Under the pieces are notes generated by a model. That model made no database searches, was not told where the DNA came from, and was given only the letters and a program-made list of their open reading frames with translations. The position numbers and the translations under genes are program-made. A DNA stretch of 64,000 nt from NCBI GenBank assembly GCA_963422395.1, contig OY729431.1, forward strand, positions 1,440,001 through 1,504,000. Direction: 5' to 3'. Within the stretch, counting starts at the first letter, position 1; each line of letters opens with the position of its first letter. Shown in pieces: positions 56,433 to 64,000 of the stretch. This stretch comes from Vicinamibacteria bacterium. Lineage in GTDB: Bacteria > Acidobacteriota > Vicinamibacteria > Marinacidobacterales > Marinacidobacteraceae.

Positions 56433-58970
56433 TCAGAAGCGGAAGCGGATTCCCACCGTCGGGACCCGGGGAAAGCCGAAACTCGGCGTCTGCTCGACGG
56501 TGGGCAGACCCCCAGCGGGATCCGAAACCACTTCGGTCTCGATCTCGACCCCGTTTTCACGGTTCAGCGCGTTGATGACCTCCGCATAGGCCTCGAAACG
56601 CCCGCCGCGGCCGCCGTGGCGGTAGGTCAGGCGCAGATCGAGGCGGGCGTAGGAGGGGAGCCGTGCCCGGCCGCGGTTGTCGAGGCCGCCGAAGTCCGCT
56701 GCCCAGGCGAGGTTCCCCGCGCCGTCCCGCTCGGGAACCAGCCGGCCCCGGGCGTCTTCGATCGCTGCGGCCCGAATCCCGACCGCCGGCGTGTAGGGGA
56801 ATCCACTGGCGAACCTCGCGGTGCCGGCGAGGCTCAGCCGGGAACCGAGCCGCACCCGGCCGACGAGGTTCAGGGCATGGGGCCGGTCGTATTCGAAGGG
56901 GTAGCGGCGCCCCCAGGTTTGCCGCTCTGCCTTCCCGTAGGCGTAGGAGACCCAGCCCGCCAGCCGCGCTTCCGGATCGAGTCGTTCCAGGTAGATGTCG
57001 AGCCCGCGGGCGCTTCCGTCGCCGCCGTTCACCGGCGCCACCGTGACTTGCGGAGCCGACGGCACGCTTCCGGCCAGCTCCTCCGGAAAGTCGTAGCGGG
57101 CGACACGGGCGAGCCTTACCGCTTCGGTCTCGAGTTGGCCCACGAGCAACCCGTCGAACTGCTTCCAGTAGGCCTCGACCTGCAGCCGCGCCTCTCCGGG
57201 CAGGGACTTTTCGATTCCCAGCACCGCATGGTAGGCCCGTTCGTGCTCGAGCTCGCGGATATCGCTGAGGTCGAGAAGCGTGTCCGAAGCGGAGAGCTTC
57301 TCCCACCCGGGGCTTTGGGTGTACACCCCGCCGGCGGCCCGAGCCTGGAGCCCGCCGCCGAAGTCCCAGCTAGCCGCGAAGCGGGGTGACAGGGTGGCGC
57401 GGCGATTCAGCGTGCTCCATTCCAGCCGCAACCCGGGCTCGATGGTGAACCGTTCGGAGAGGCGAAAGCCGTCCTGGACCCAAGCACCGCCGCGAAAGCC
57501 GGTAAGCGAGGAGTCGAGGGCATCGGGCAGCGCGGTGCCTCCCCGGACACTCGTCGGATCGGCCAGCGATTCGTTGCGGATGCCGCGGATCGTCTGCTGG
57601 AGGCCCGAGTCGAGGCGGTGCAGCTCGAAACCGGTCTCGACGAAGTGGGTCTCGCCGAAACGGATGCCGAGTTCCTGTCGGAGCGAGAGGTCGCGGACTT
57701 CACGGGTCTGGTCGAACACGATCGGCACCAACAGGTCGCGCTCGTCCGGTTCCTCGACGTTCACCGCGCGGTTGCCAGTGCGGACCAGGGCGTCGAAGTC
57801 CACCACCTCCACATTGCGGTACCAGGCGACGATGGTGGTCGAGGTCAGCCGATCCGAGATCAGCGCGTCGAAGCGGGCGGCGCCGAGATCGTTCTCGGCG
57901 TCGGCCAGCACCTCCACCCGCTCGTCTTCATCCTCCTCGTCGAAGGAGAATTCGGTGTCCTCCCGGCTGCGGATGCCGGTGAGGGTGAGGCGGTGGCCAG
58001 GTCCCAACTCCCAGTCGGCCCGCAGTTGGAAATCCGCGAAGGAGGGAAAGTCCTGATCGAGGATTCGTCCGGCGACCAGGTCGTAGTAGGTGCGCCGGCC
58101 GGTGGCGAGAAACGAGCCGGCGCCCGGCAGCGGCCCTTCCACGACCAGGTTCGCGTCGGTGACGCTGAGCGACGAAGTCCCTCCGAAGTCCCGCTCGCCG
58201 GACCGGTTCCTCACCATCAGCAGCGAGGAGAGCCGGTCTCCGTACTTGGCGCCGAACCCGCCGGCGGCCAGCGAAAAATTCGAGACCGTCTCCGGGTTGA
58301 ACGCGCTCACCAGACCGAACAGCCGGTAGGGGTTGTGGATCTCGACCCCGTCCATCAGCGTCAGGTTCTGGTCCGGGGTCCCGCCGCGCACCGAGAGGAA
58401 GCTGCCGAAGTCCGAAGTGGGAGCGACCCCCGGCAGGGTGGTGAGTGCTCGGAAGATGTTGTCCACCGAGCCCGCGGTTTCGAGCACTTCGGTCGGGGCC
58501 ACCACGGTGGCGGCCGCCCGGTCCGCCACGGGATTCCGCGCCGTCACTTCGACCTCTTCCTCGAAGGTTCGGGGCGCGAGCTCCACAGTGATCTCGGCGG
58601 CAGCAGCAGGCAATAGGATGGAAGCCTCGAAATATCCCTCGGCCGCGAAGGAAAGCGAACGGGCTCCCGCCGGGACTTCGATGCGGAAAGACCCGTCCGC
58701 TGCGCTTTCGACGGCGGCTTCCCCGGCGCGGATCTCCACTCCGGGAAGCGGCTCGCCGGACACTGCGGAAAGTACCCGGCCGGTGATCTCCTGGATCGTC
58801 TCGCGGTCCGTCTCCTGAGCCATCTCGCGGTCCGCCGGGGCGGCGGGTCCGGTCTGGGATCCCTGCTGGAATTCCATCGGAAACCCCATTTGCTCGGCGG
58901 CGGAGACGACGCCGGAAAAAAGCAGCGTCCCGAGGGCGGCGGCAGCAGCGGGAAGGAATCTTCGGCTCAT
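56433..58970 (-). CDS. TonB-dependent receptor
   Basis: N-terminal carboxypeptidase-regulatory-like domain, plug LPGV...VRGG..QN, C-terminal GIRFRF. Confidence 0.92.
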   Translation of the reverse strand: MSRRFLPAAAAALGTLLFSGVVSAAEQMGFPMEFQQGSQTGPAAPADREMAQETDRETIQEITGRVLSAVSGEPLPGVEIRAGEAAVESAADGSFRIEVPAGARSLSFAAEGYFEASILLPAAAAEITVELAPRTFEEEVEVTARNPVADRAAATVVAPTEVLETAGSVDNIFRALTTLPGVAPTSDFGSFLSVRGGTPDQNLTLMDGVEIHNPYRLFGLVSAFNPETVSNFSLAAGGFGAKYGDRLSSLLMVRNRSGERDFGGTSSLSVTDANLVVEGPLPGAGSFLATGRRTYYDLVAGRILDQDFPSFADFQLRADWELGPGHRLTLTGIRSREDTEFSFDEEDEDERVEVLADAENDLGAARFDALISDRLTSTTIVAWYRNVEVVDFDALVRTGNRAVNVEEPDERDLLVPIVFDQTREVRDLSLRQELGIRFGETHFVETGFELHRLDSGLQQTIRGIRNESLADPTSVRGGTALPDALDSSLTGFRGGAWVQDGFRLSERFTIEPGLRLEWSTLNRRATLSPRFAASWDFGGGLQARAAGGVYTQSPGWEKLSASDTLLDLSDIRELEHERAYHAVLGIEKSLPGEARLQVEAYWKQFDGLLVGQLETEAVRLARVARYDFPEELAGSVPSAPQVTVAPVNGGDGSARGLDIYLERLDPEARLAGWVSYAYGKAERQTWGRRYPFEYDRPHALNLVGRVRLGSRLSLAGTARFASGFPYTPAVGIRAAAIEDARGRLVPERDGAGNLAWAADFGGLDNRGRARLPSYARLDLRLTYRHGGRGGRFEAYAEVINALNRENGVEIETEVVSDPAGGLPTVEQTPSFGFPRVPTVGIRFRF

Positions 58971-58983
58971 GCAGGCCGGAAGG

Positions 58984-59901
58984 CTAGTCCGCGCGAACCG
59001 AGAGCCGAGGCGCGGAAGAGGCGGACGGGCGGCGCCGTGCTTCGTTTCCCTGCAAGAGCGCGACCGAGAGCACGATCAGCGCGAGAGCCAGCCAGACTCG
59101 CGGCGATAGGGGCTCGCCGAGGATCAGCCAGCCGAGGAAGACCGCGATCAGCGGGTTCACGAACGCGTAGCTGGCGGCGAGTGCCGGTTCCACATGGGCC
59201 AGCAACCAGGTGTAGGCGAGGAACGCGACGATGGAACCGAAGACGACGAGGTAGAGCACTGCGGCCACCGCCGACAGCCGCACCGCGGAGAGCGAGAACT
59301 CCTGCCAGTCGCCCGCCGCGGTGGCCACCAGCAGGAGCGCCGTGCCGCCCGCCAGCATCTGCGCTCCCGCCGAGAGCGGCAGACAGCGGGGCATCGCTTC
59401 CCGGCGCGACCAGAGACTCGCGGTCGCCCAGGCGACCGGGGCGGCGAGCATCGCGAGGACTCCCGCCGGGTCGAGCACGGCGTCGGCGCGCCACGGCTGG
59501 GCGAGCACGAGCACTCCGGAAAACCCGATGACGATGCAGAGCACCGTCACTCGCCGCGGAACCCGTCGGACCACGAAGGCTGCCTCGAGGCCCGGAATCC
59601 AGAACGCCGCCGTGGCAGCCAGCACCGCCGCTACTCCCGAGGGAATGCGCACCTGTGCCCAATGGCCGAGCCCGTGAGCGCAGGTGAAGAACAGCCCGCC
59701 GGCGAATCCCGCCTCCATCCATTCGCGCCGGGTGAGCGGCGCCCGCCCGCGGCGGGCGAAGCAGAAGAGAAGTGTGCCGGCGATCAGGAAGCGAACGCCC
59801 GCCATCAGGAACGGGGGCAGGTCGCGCACCCCGACGCCGATCGCCAGGTAGGTGGACCCCCAGATCAGATAGACGGCGGCGAACGCCAGCAGCGTGCGCA
59901 T
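58984..59901 (-). CDS. EamA/DMT family transporter (YedA-like)
   Basis: VYLIWGSTYLAI, YL..FGS, YAFVNP. Confidence 0.92.
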   Translation of the reverse strand: MRTLLAFAAVYLIWGSTYLAIGVGVRDLPPFLMAGVRFLIAGTLLFCFARRGRAPLTRREWMEAGFAGGLFFTCAHGLGHWAQVRIPSGVAAVLAATAAFWIPGLEAAFVVRRVPRRVTVLCIVIGFSGVLVLAQPWRADAVLDPAGVLAMLAAPVAWATASLWSRREAMPRCLPLSAGAQMLAGGTALLLVATAAGDWQEFSLSAVRLSAVAAVLYLVVFGSIVAFLAYTWLLAHVEPALAASYAFVNPLIAVFLGWLILGEPLSPRVWLALALIVLSVALLQGNEARRRPSASSAPRLSVRAD

Positions 59902-59985
59902 CGCGCCGGGGGAAAGCGCGATGGCTCGGTAAACCGGGAGCGGTTCCGTACCGGGGGCGGTGGAGCCGAGAGCGGATGGGCGGGT

Positions 59986-62190
59986 TCAGCGGAGCGAGGC
60001 GACGATGCGCTCCGCCTCCCGGACCTGGTTCGTGAGCTCGCCGAGCGCTTCGCTGACCACCCGCACATAGAAACGGGCTGCCTCCCACTCCTCTTCCTCG
60101 ATGCCCTCGCGGACGCCGGGGATGGTCTTGACCCCGTACCCGGTGTAGAAGCCCGGCGCATAGACCTGGTGGCGGAACCACTCGCGGTTCGGCAGCCCCT
60201 CGTCGTAGCCGAGGCGGCGTTCCGAGGTGTAGAGCAGTTGGTTCAGTTCCGACGCCCGAGACTCCGAAAGCACCGCATCCGCCGAAGTGCCGCCGAGCGC
60301 CCGGAGCGCCTGCTCATACCCCTGCCCGGCTTCGTCGAGGGCGGCGAGCGCCTGGTCGAGCGATTCGAAATCGATCGCTTCGGGCGAGTCCATCGCTCGG
60401 TGGGTCTCGCGGATCTCCTCCACATAGTCGCGCATCGCGGCCGTGAGGTCGGTGAACCCGAAGGGGAGGATCGCGGCGTTAGCGAGACGGAGGAGCGCGG
60501 TGCCGATGAGCTGCGAGAGCGCCCGGCCGAACACGAATTCGCTGTCGGAGAACTGCTGGTACCAATGGAACGAGTCATAGTTCGAGTGGTACACGCCGCC
60601 CGGACTGCCGCCCCCGAAGCCGAGGTTCAGCGAAGCCATCGTGAGGTGGTCGATGAACACGGTGTAATCCGATCCGGATCCCAGCGCGGCCAGCCGCAGA
60701 TCGTCGCTCTGTTCGATCTGCCGGCGGGCTTCCGGGTTCGCCGCGGTTTCGAGACGCCGGGCGCGCGCCGCCTCGAAGACGCTCACCCCCCGTTCCGGAT
60801 CTTCGATGTCGCGCGCCACTTCGTTCAGGAAGCGCTGCAGGGTATGGCTGCCCGCCATTCCCAGCCAGCCCTTTCCGGTGCTGTCGGAGTTGATGTAGGC
60901 GACGCCCTTCTCTCCGAGGTCGCCGCGGTGGGTTTCCGCCCACTCGGTCGAGCCGAGCAGGCCCCACTCCTCGGCGTCCCAGAGGGCGAAGATCACCGTG
61001 CGCTTCGGCCGGATCCCCGCCTGCAGCAGCTCGCCGAACCCGCGCGCGGTCTCCATGAGCTGGACCGCGCCGCTGATCGGATCGGTGGCCCCCGCGCACC
61101 AGCCGTCATGGTGGTTTCCGTGGATGATCCACTCGTCGGGCCAAGTGGAGCCCTCGATGCGGGCGATCACATTGTAGATGGGGCGGACCTGCCAGTCGAA
61201 GGCGGTGCGCAGGCGGACCTCGGTCGGTCCCGGTCCGAGGTAGTAGGTGATGGGAAGCGCCCCTTTCCAGTCGTCGTTCGGTGCCGGCGTGCCGCGGAGC
61301 TGCTCGAGGATGGGGAGGGCGTCTCCCCAGGAGATGGGGAGTACCGGGATTCGCACCAGCGTGCGCGCGGTCTCCCGCGTCAGCTTCTCCCGATCCTCGG
61401 TCGCCCCGAAGCCGGGAGTCAGGGGGTCGCCGGGGTGGATCGGCATATCCAGGATCGAGCCGCGCTGCACCCCCCACTCGGGCCGGTAGGGGCCTTCGGG
61501 GTAGGTGGGTCCCTGGTAGTAGCCGTCCTCTTCCGGGTCCGAATAGATCAGCGCCCCGATGGCGCCGTTCTCCTGGGCGAGCTTGGCCTTGATCCCCCGC
61601 CAGCTCCGGCCGTAGCGAGCGAGGACGATCTTCCCTTCGACCGAGATGCCCAGTTCGGCCAGCTTTTCGTAATCCTCGGGGATGCCGTAGTTCACATAGA
61701 CGACCTGACCGGTGACATCCCCGTCGGCGGCGTAGGCGTTGTAGGTCGGCAGGCGGCCCGCGTCGGAGGAATCTTCGTCTTCCGGAACCCCGGGCTCGGC
61801 GAGCCGCAGCGTATAGGGCTCCGGGCCGAGCACCTCCACATGCCGGTCCAGCGGGAGCGGCATGAGAGCCTCGGTCACCTCGATCGCGGCGTCGAGGCCG
61901 AAGGATCGGAACTTTTCGAGGGCGTATTCGGCCACCCGCCGGCTGCCGTGGCCCAGACCGGCGACATGCGGCTCTGCGGTCATGAAGGCCATGTACTCTC
62001 GGAGCCGTGCCGGGTCGGGCACCGCCCGAAAGCGCTCCTCGATCCCGCGCTGCGCCTCCCACTGACCGGCGAGGAAGCCCCGGGCCGGTTCCCTTTCGGG
62101 CTGGGCGGCAGCCGCCGACGCGAGGGCGAGGGCAGCGGCGGAGAAGAGGAAAACGGGGCGAAGAGCGGGGACGCAGGAGTTTCGGAGCAT
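59986..62190 (-). CDS. M28 glutamate carboxypeptidase II-like peptidase (PA and transferrin-receptor-like dimerisation domains)
   Basis: VYVNYG, VQRGS, GNHHD, DPISG, WDAEE, GSGSDY, YHS. Confidence 0.92.
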   Translation of the reverse strand: MLRNSCVPALRPVFLFSAAALALASAAAAQPEREPARGFLAGQWEAQRGIEERFRAVPDPARLREYMAFMTAEPHVAGLGHGSRRVAEYALEKFRSFGLDAAIEVTEALMPLPLDRHVEVLGPEPYTLRLAEPGVPEDEDSSDAGRLPTYNAYAADGDVTGQVVYVNYGIPEDYEKLAELGISVEGKIVLARYGRSWRGIKAKLAQENGAIGALIYSDPEEDGYYQGPTYPEGPYRPEWGVQRGSILDMPIHPGDPLTPGFGATEDREKLTRETARTLVRIPVLPISWGDALPILEQLRGTPAPNDDWKGALPITYYLGPGPTEVRLRTAFDWQVRPIYNVIARIEGSTWPDEWIIHGNHHDGWCAGATDPISGAVQLMETARGFGELLQAGIRPKRTVIFALWDAEEWGLLGSTEWAETHRGDLGEKGVAYINSDSTGKGWLGMAGSHTLQRFLNEVARDIEDPERGVSVFEAARARRLETAANPEARRQIEQSDDLRLAALGSGSDYTVFIDHLTMASLNLGFGGGSPGGVYHSNYDSFHWYQQFSDSEFVFGRALSQLIGTALLRLANAAILPFGFTDLTAAMRDYVEEIRETHRAMDSPEAIDFESLDQALAALDEAGQGYEQALRALGGTSADAVLSESRASELNQLLYTSERRLGYDEGLPNREWFRHQVYAPGFYTGYGVKTIPGVREGIEEEEWEAARFYVRVVSEALGELTNQVREAERIVASLR

Positions 62191-62380
62191 GGCCGGGAAT
62201 CGTATCCGGGGCGGCGAACCGCATTCCGCGGCATCCACCGCCGCTTCGCCGCATCCCCTCGGGTGCGGAACCGCCGCAGCGGGCGCTCGGCACCGCGGCC
62301 GCGGTCTCTCCGGTCCCCGAGGGGGCCCGGATCGAACTTCGTCGATCAGATTTCGCCAGTCGAACTTCGTCGGTCGGGCT

Positions 62381-63430
62381 TCATGTTCGGGGCCCGCCGA
62401 GGAAACGAATCAGGGTTTCGTTGAACACGCCGACATCGAGAAAGTAGTTCGGATACGCCCGACGCAGCGCTTTCGCCGATTCCACCGACACCAGACAGGT
62501 CAGGAAGCCGCTGCGGTCCTCCTGTTCGCGTTTCAGATACTCGGCCCGCGCCGCTTCGAATCCCGATTCCCGGTAGACCCGAATCCATACTTTTCGCTCC
62601 CGCGCGTCGAGCGTCATCAGAAACCAGGCAGCGCCGGGCAGATCTGGCACCCCGTCGACCGCTGCTCTCAATCCGGCGAGAGTTCGGGAGACCTCGAGAC
62701 TCTCGACCAACTCCCGGACTTCGGCCCGCAGCTCGGCGAGCGCGGCCGGAGTCCCCGGAACCCTGGCGCGCCCTTCTTCGATGGCGAACACGCTGCCCAT
62801 GAGCTGGAAGAAACGGTCCCAGCCGCCGTTCTCCGGCCCTTGCGTCTTCAATCGAGTTCCGGTGAGCGCATCCACGGTCTCGACCGCGGTGGCCCACGCA
62901 TGCTGCAGCCGGGAACGGAGCTGGACTTCGATGCGCAGCCCGTTCCACCCGGCATTGCGCTCGTTGCGCGAGCGATAGCGGTACACCAGATGGACGCTCC
63001 GATAGCCGCTGGACTTCGGCTGTTCGAGGTAGTCGTACTTCCTGACGAATTCGTGTCCTTGCCATTTCGTCTCATATACGGTGAGCAGCCGGTCCACATC
63101 GTCCGCAGTCGGCAGGATGGCGCGGCAGCCGCCGAGGTCCTGCATCCGCGAAACCAGCATCTTCGGGAATCGGCGGATCTTGGCCTCCACCGAGGCGAGA
63201 CGCTTCAGCCGCTGCGCGGTGACGCTGCTTCCGTTCACCTTCTGTGCTCTCCTTTCGAGGAGGACGCGAATCGCCAGCAGCGGATAACGGTGGGCGGCTC
63301 GCCAGTCGTCCACGATCTTCTGCGCTTCCCGGCGAGGCGCGCCGTCCGACCCGGGGGTTCTCCGCTGCGCGAGCCGGCGGCCGGCGTCATCCACCGCACT
63401 GCGGGAAAACCGAGAAGGTCGATACTGCAC
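62381..63430 (-). CDS. RelA/SpoT synthetase-domain protein (small alarmone synthetase-like)
   Basis: RLK...S...K, QDLGGCR, GYRSVH, EVQLRS..QHAWA; start approximate. Confidence 0.85.
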   Translation of the reverse strand: MQYRPSRFSRSAVDDAGRRLAQRRTPGSDGAPRREAQKIVDDWRAAHRYPLLAIRVLLERRAQKVNGSSVTAQRLKRLASVEAKIRRFPKMLVSRMQDLGGCRAILPTADDVDRLLTVYETKWQGHEFVRKYDYLEQPKSSGYRSVHLVYRYRSRNERNAGWNGLRIEVQLRSRLQHAWATAVETVDALTGTRLKTQGPENGGWDRFFQLMGSVFAIEEGRARVPGTPAALAELRAEVRELVESLEVSRTLAGLRAAVDGVPDLPGAAWFLMTLDARERKVWIRVYRESGFEAARAEYLKREQEDRSGFLTCLVSVESAKALRRAYPNYFLDVGVFNETLIRFLGGPRT

Positions 63431-63488
63431 GGGGAGAACGGCGGCTGCGGGCAACGGTAACCCGGTGCGCCGATCTCTTTGTGTTGCC

Positions 63489-64000
63489 TCAGCCGCGGCG
63501 GAGTGCGGCGAGCAGCGGGCCGCCCGCGGCGCTGCGGGCGGCGAGGGCTCCCGCGAGCAGGCCGAATCCGAGCACCCCGAGCAGCAGCAGGGTGACGAGC
63601 CCGACACTGCCCCCCGGCTGCCGCTCACCGAGCAGCGGGAAGATCGCGAGCAGCGCCGCGCCGGTCCCGGAAGCGAGCCCGGCGAGCAGCAGCAGCGCGT
63701 TCTCCCAGAAGCCGAGCGCGGCGAAATCGCGGGGGCGGTAGCCCGTCGCAGCGAGCAGCCCCCATTCCCGGCGGCGTTCGTCGGCGTTCCTGAAGAGCAC
63801 CGCCCCGAGGCCCAGGGTGCCGAGCAGCAGCCCGAGGCCGCCGAGCGCCTGGAAGGTCGAGAGGTAGGTGTTCTCCACTCGGTGGAAGTCGGCGAGCCGG
63901 GCGCGGACCGAGGTCGAGACCGCTCCGTAGTCGGCGAGCGCTTCGCCGAGCAGGCGGAGCGCCGCCGCCTCCGCCGCGGCGAGGTCTTCCCGGCTGTCCG
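63489..64000 (-). CDS. FtsX-like ABC transporter permease, C-terminal part (truncated by window)
   Basis: ERRREWGLL.A.G motif, TM helices, terminal ALR. Confidence 0.85.
   Translation of the reverse strand, partial: DSREDLAAAEAAALRLLGEALADYGAVSTSVRARLADFHRVENTYLSTFQALGGLGLLLGTLGLGAVLFRNADERRREWGLLAATGYRPRDFAALGFWENALLLLAGLASGTGAALLAIFPLLGERQPGGSVGLVTLLLLGVLGFGLLAGALAARSAAGGPLLAALRRG

Noticed and set aside
59194-62424. 1076-aa plus-strand ORF, and similar long ORFs at 13997, 25989, 37970 and 54157
   Set aside because: Antisense shadows of well-supported genes with no recognisable domains.

Overview
GC-rich bacterial chromosomal window with about 50 genes; gene content suggests an Acidobacteriota-like organism (inference). 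The left end has recN (partial), miaB, a DUF151 nuclease and parA/parB. A redox operon follows with two genes interrupted by in-frame TGA codons with downstream hairpins (probable selenoproteins), then a XerCD dif-like site at 7737-7764. Next come dacB, an amidase with a small Tat lipoprotein partner, a metzincin/pseudo-metzincin cluster and a TAXI-TRAP transporter. The most notable region is a minus-strand run from about 37.1 kb to 21.3 kb. It begins with an RRE(PqqD)-like/HPr-kinase-like gene frameshifted at an (AG)13 repeat and a coupled nucleotidyltransferase. It continues through five PQQ-type beta-propellers, an S9 peptidase and an OLD-like nuclease. It ends in two duplicated small secreted proteins with conserved leaders, divergent four-Cys cores and poly-C tracts just after their start codons. 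This is a candidate phase-variable peptide/protein modification system. The right half has three more beta-propellers with an Fe-ADH, a type IIG restriction-modification enzyme, a coupled HEPN / ParA-like / STAND-like triad (candidate defence system), an amidohydrolase, a TonB receptor, EamA, an M28 peptidase, a small alarmone synthetase and a partial FtsX-like permease. No rRNA, tRNA or CRISPR array was seen. All family calls come from motif recognition, not database searches.
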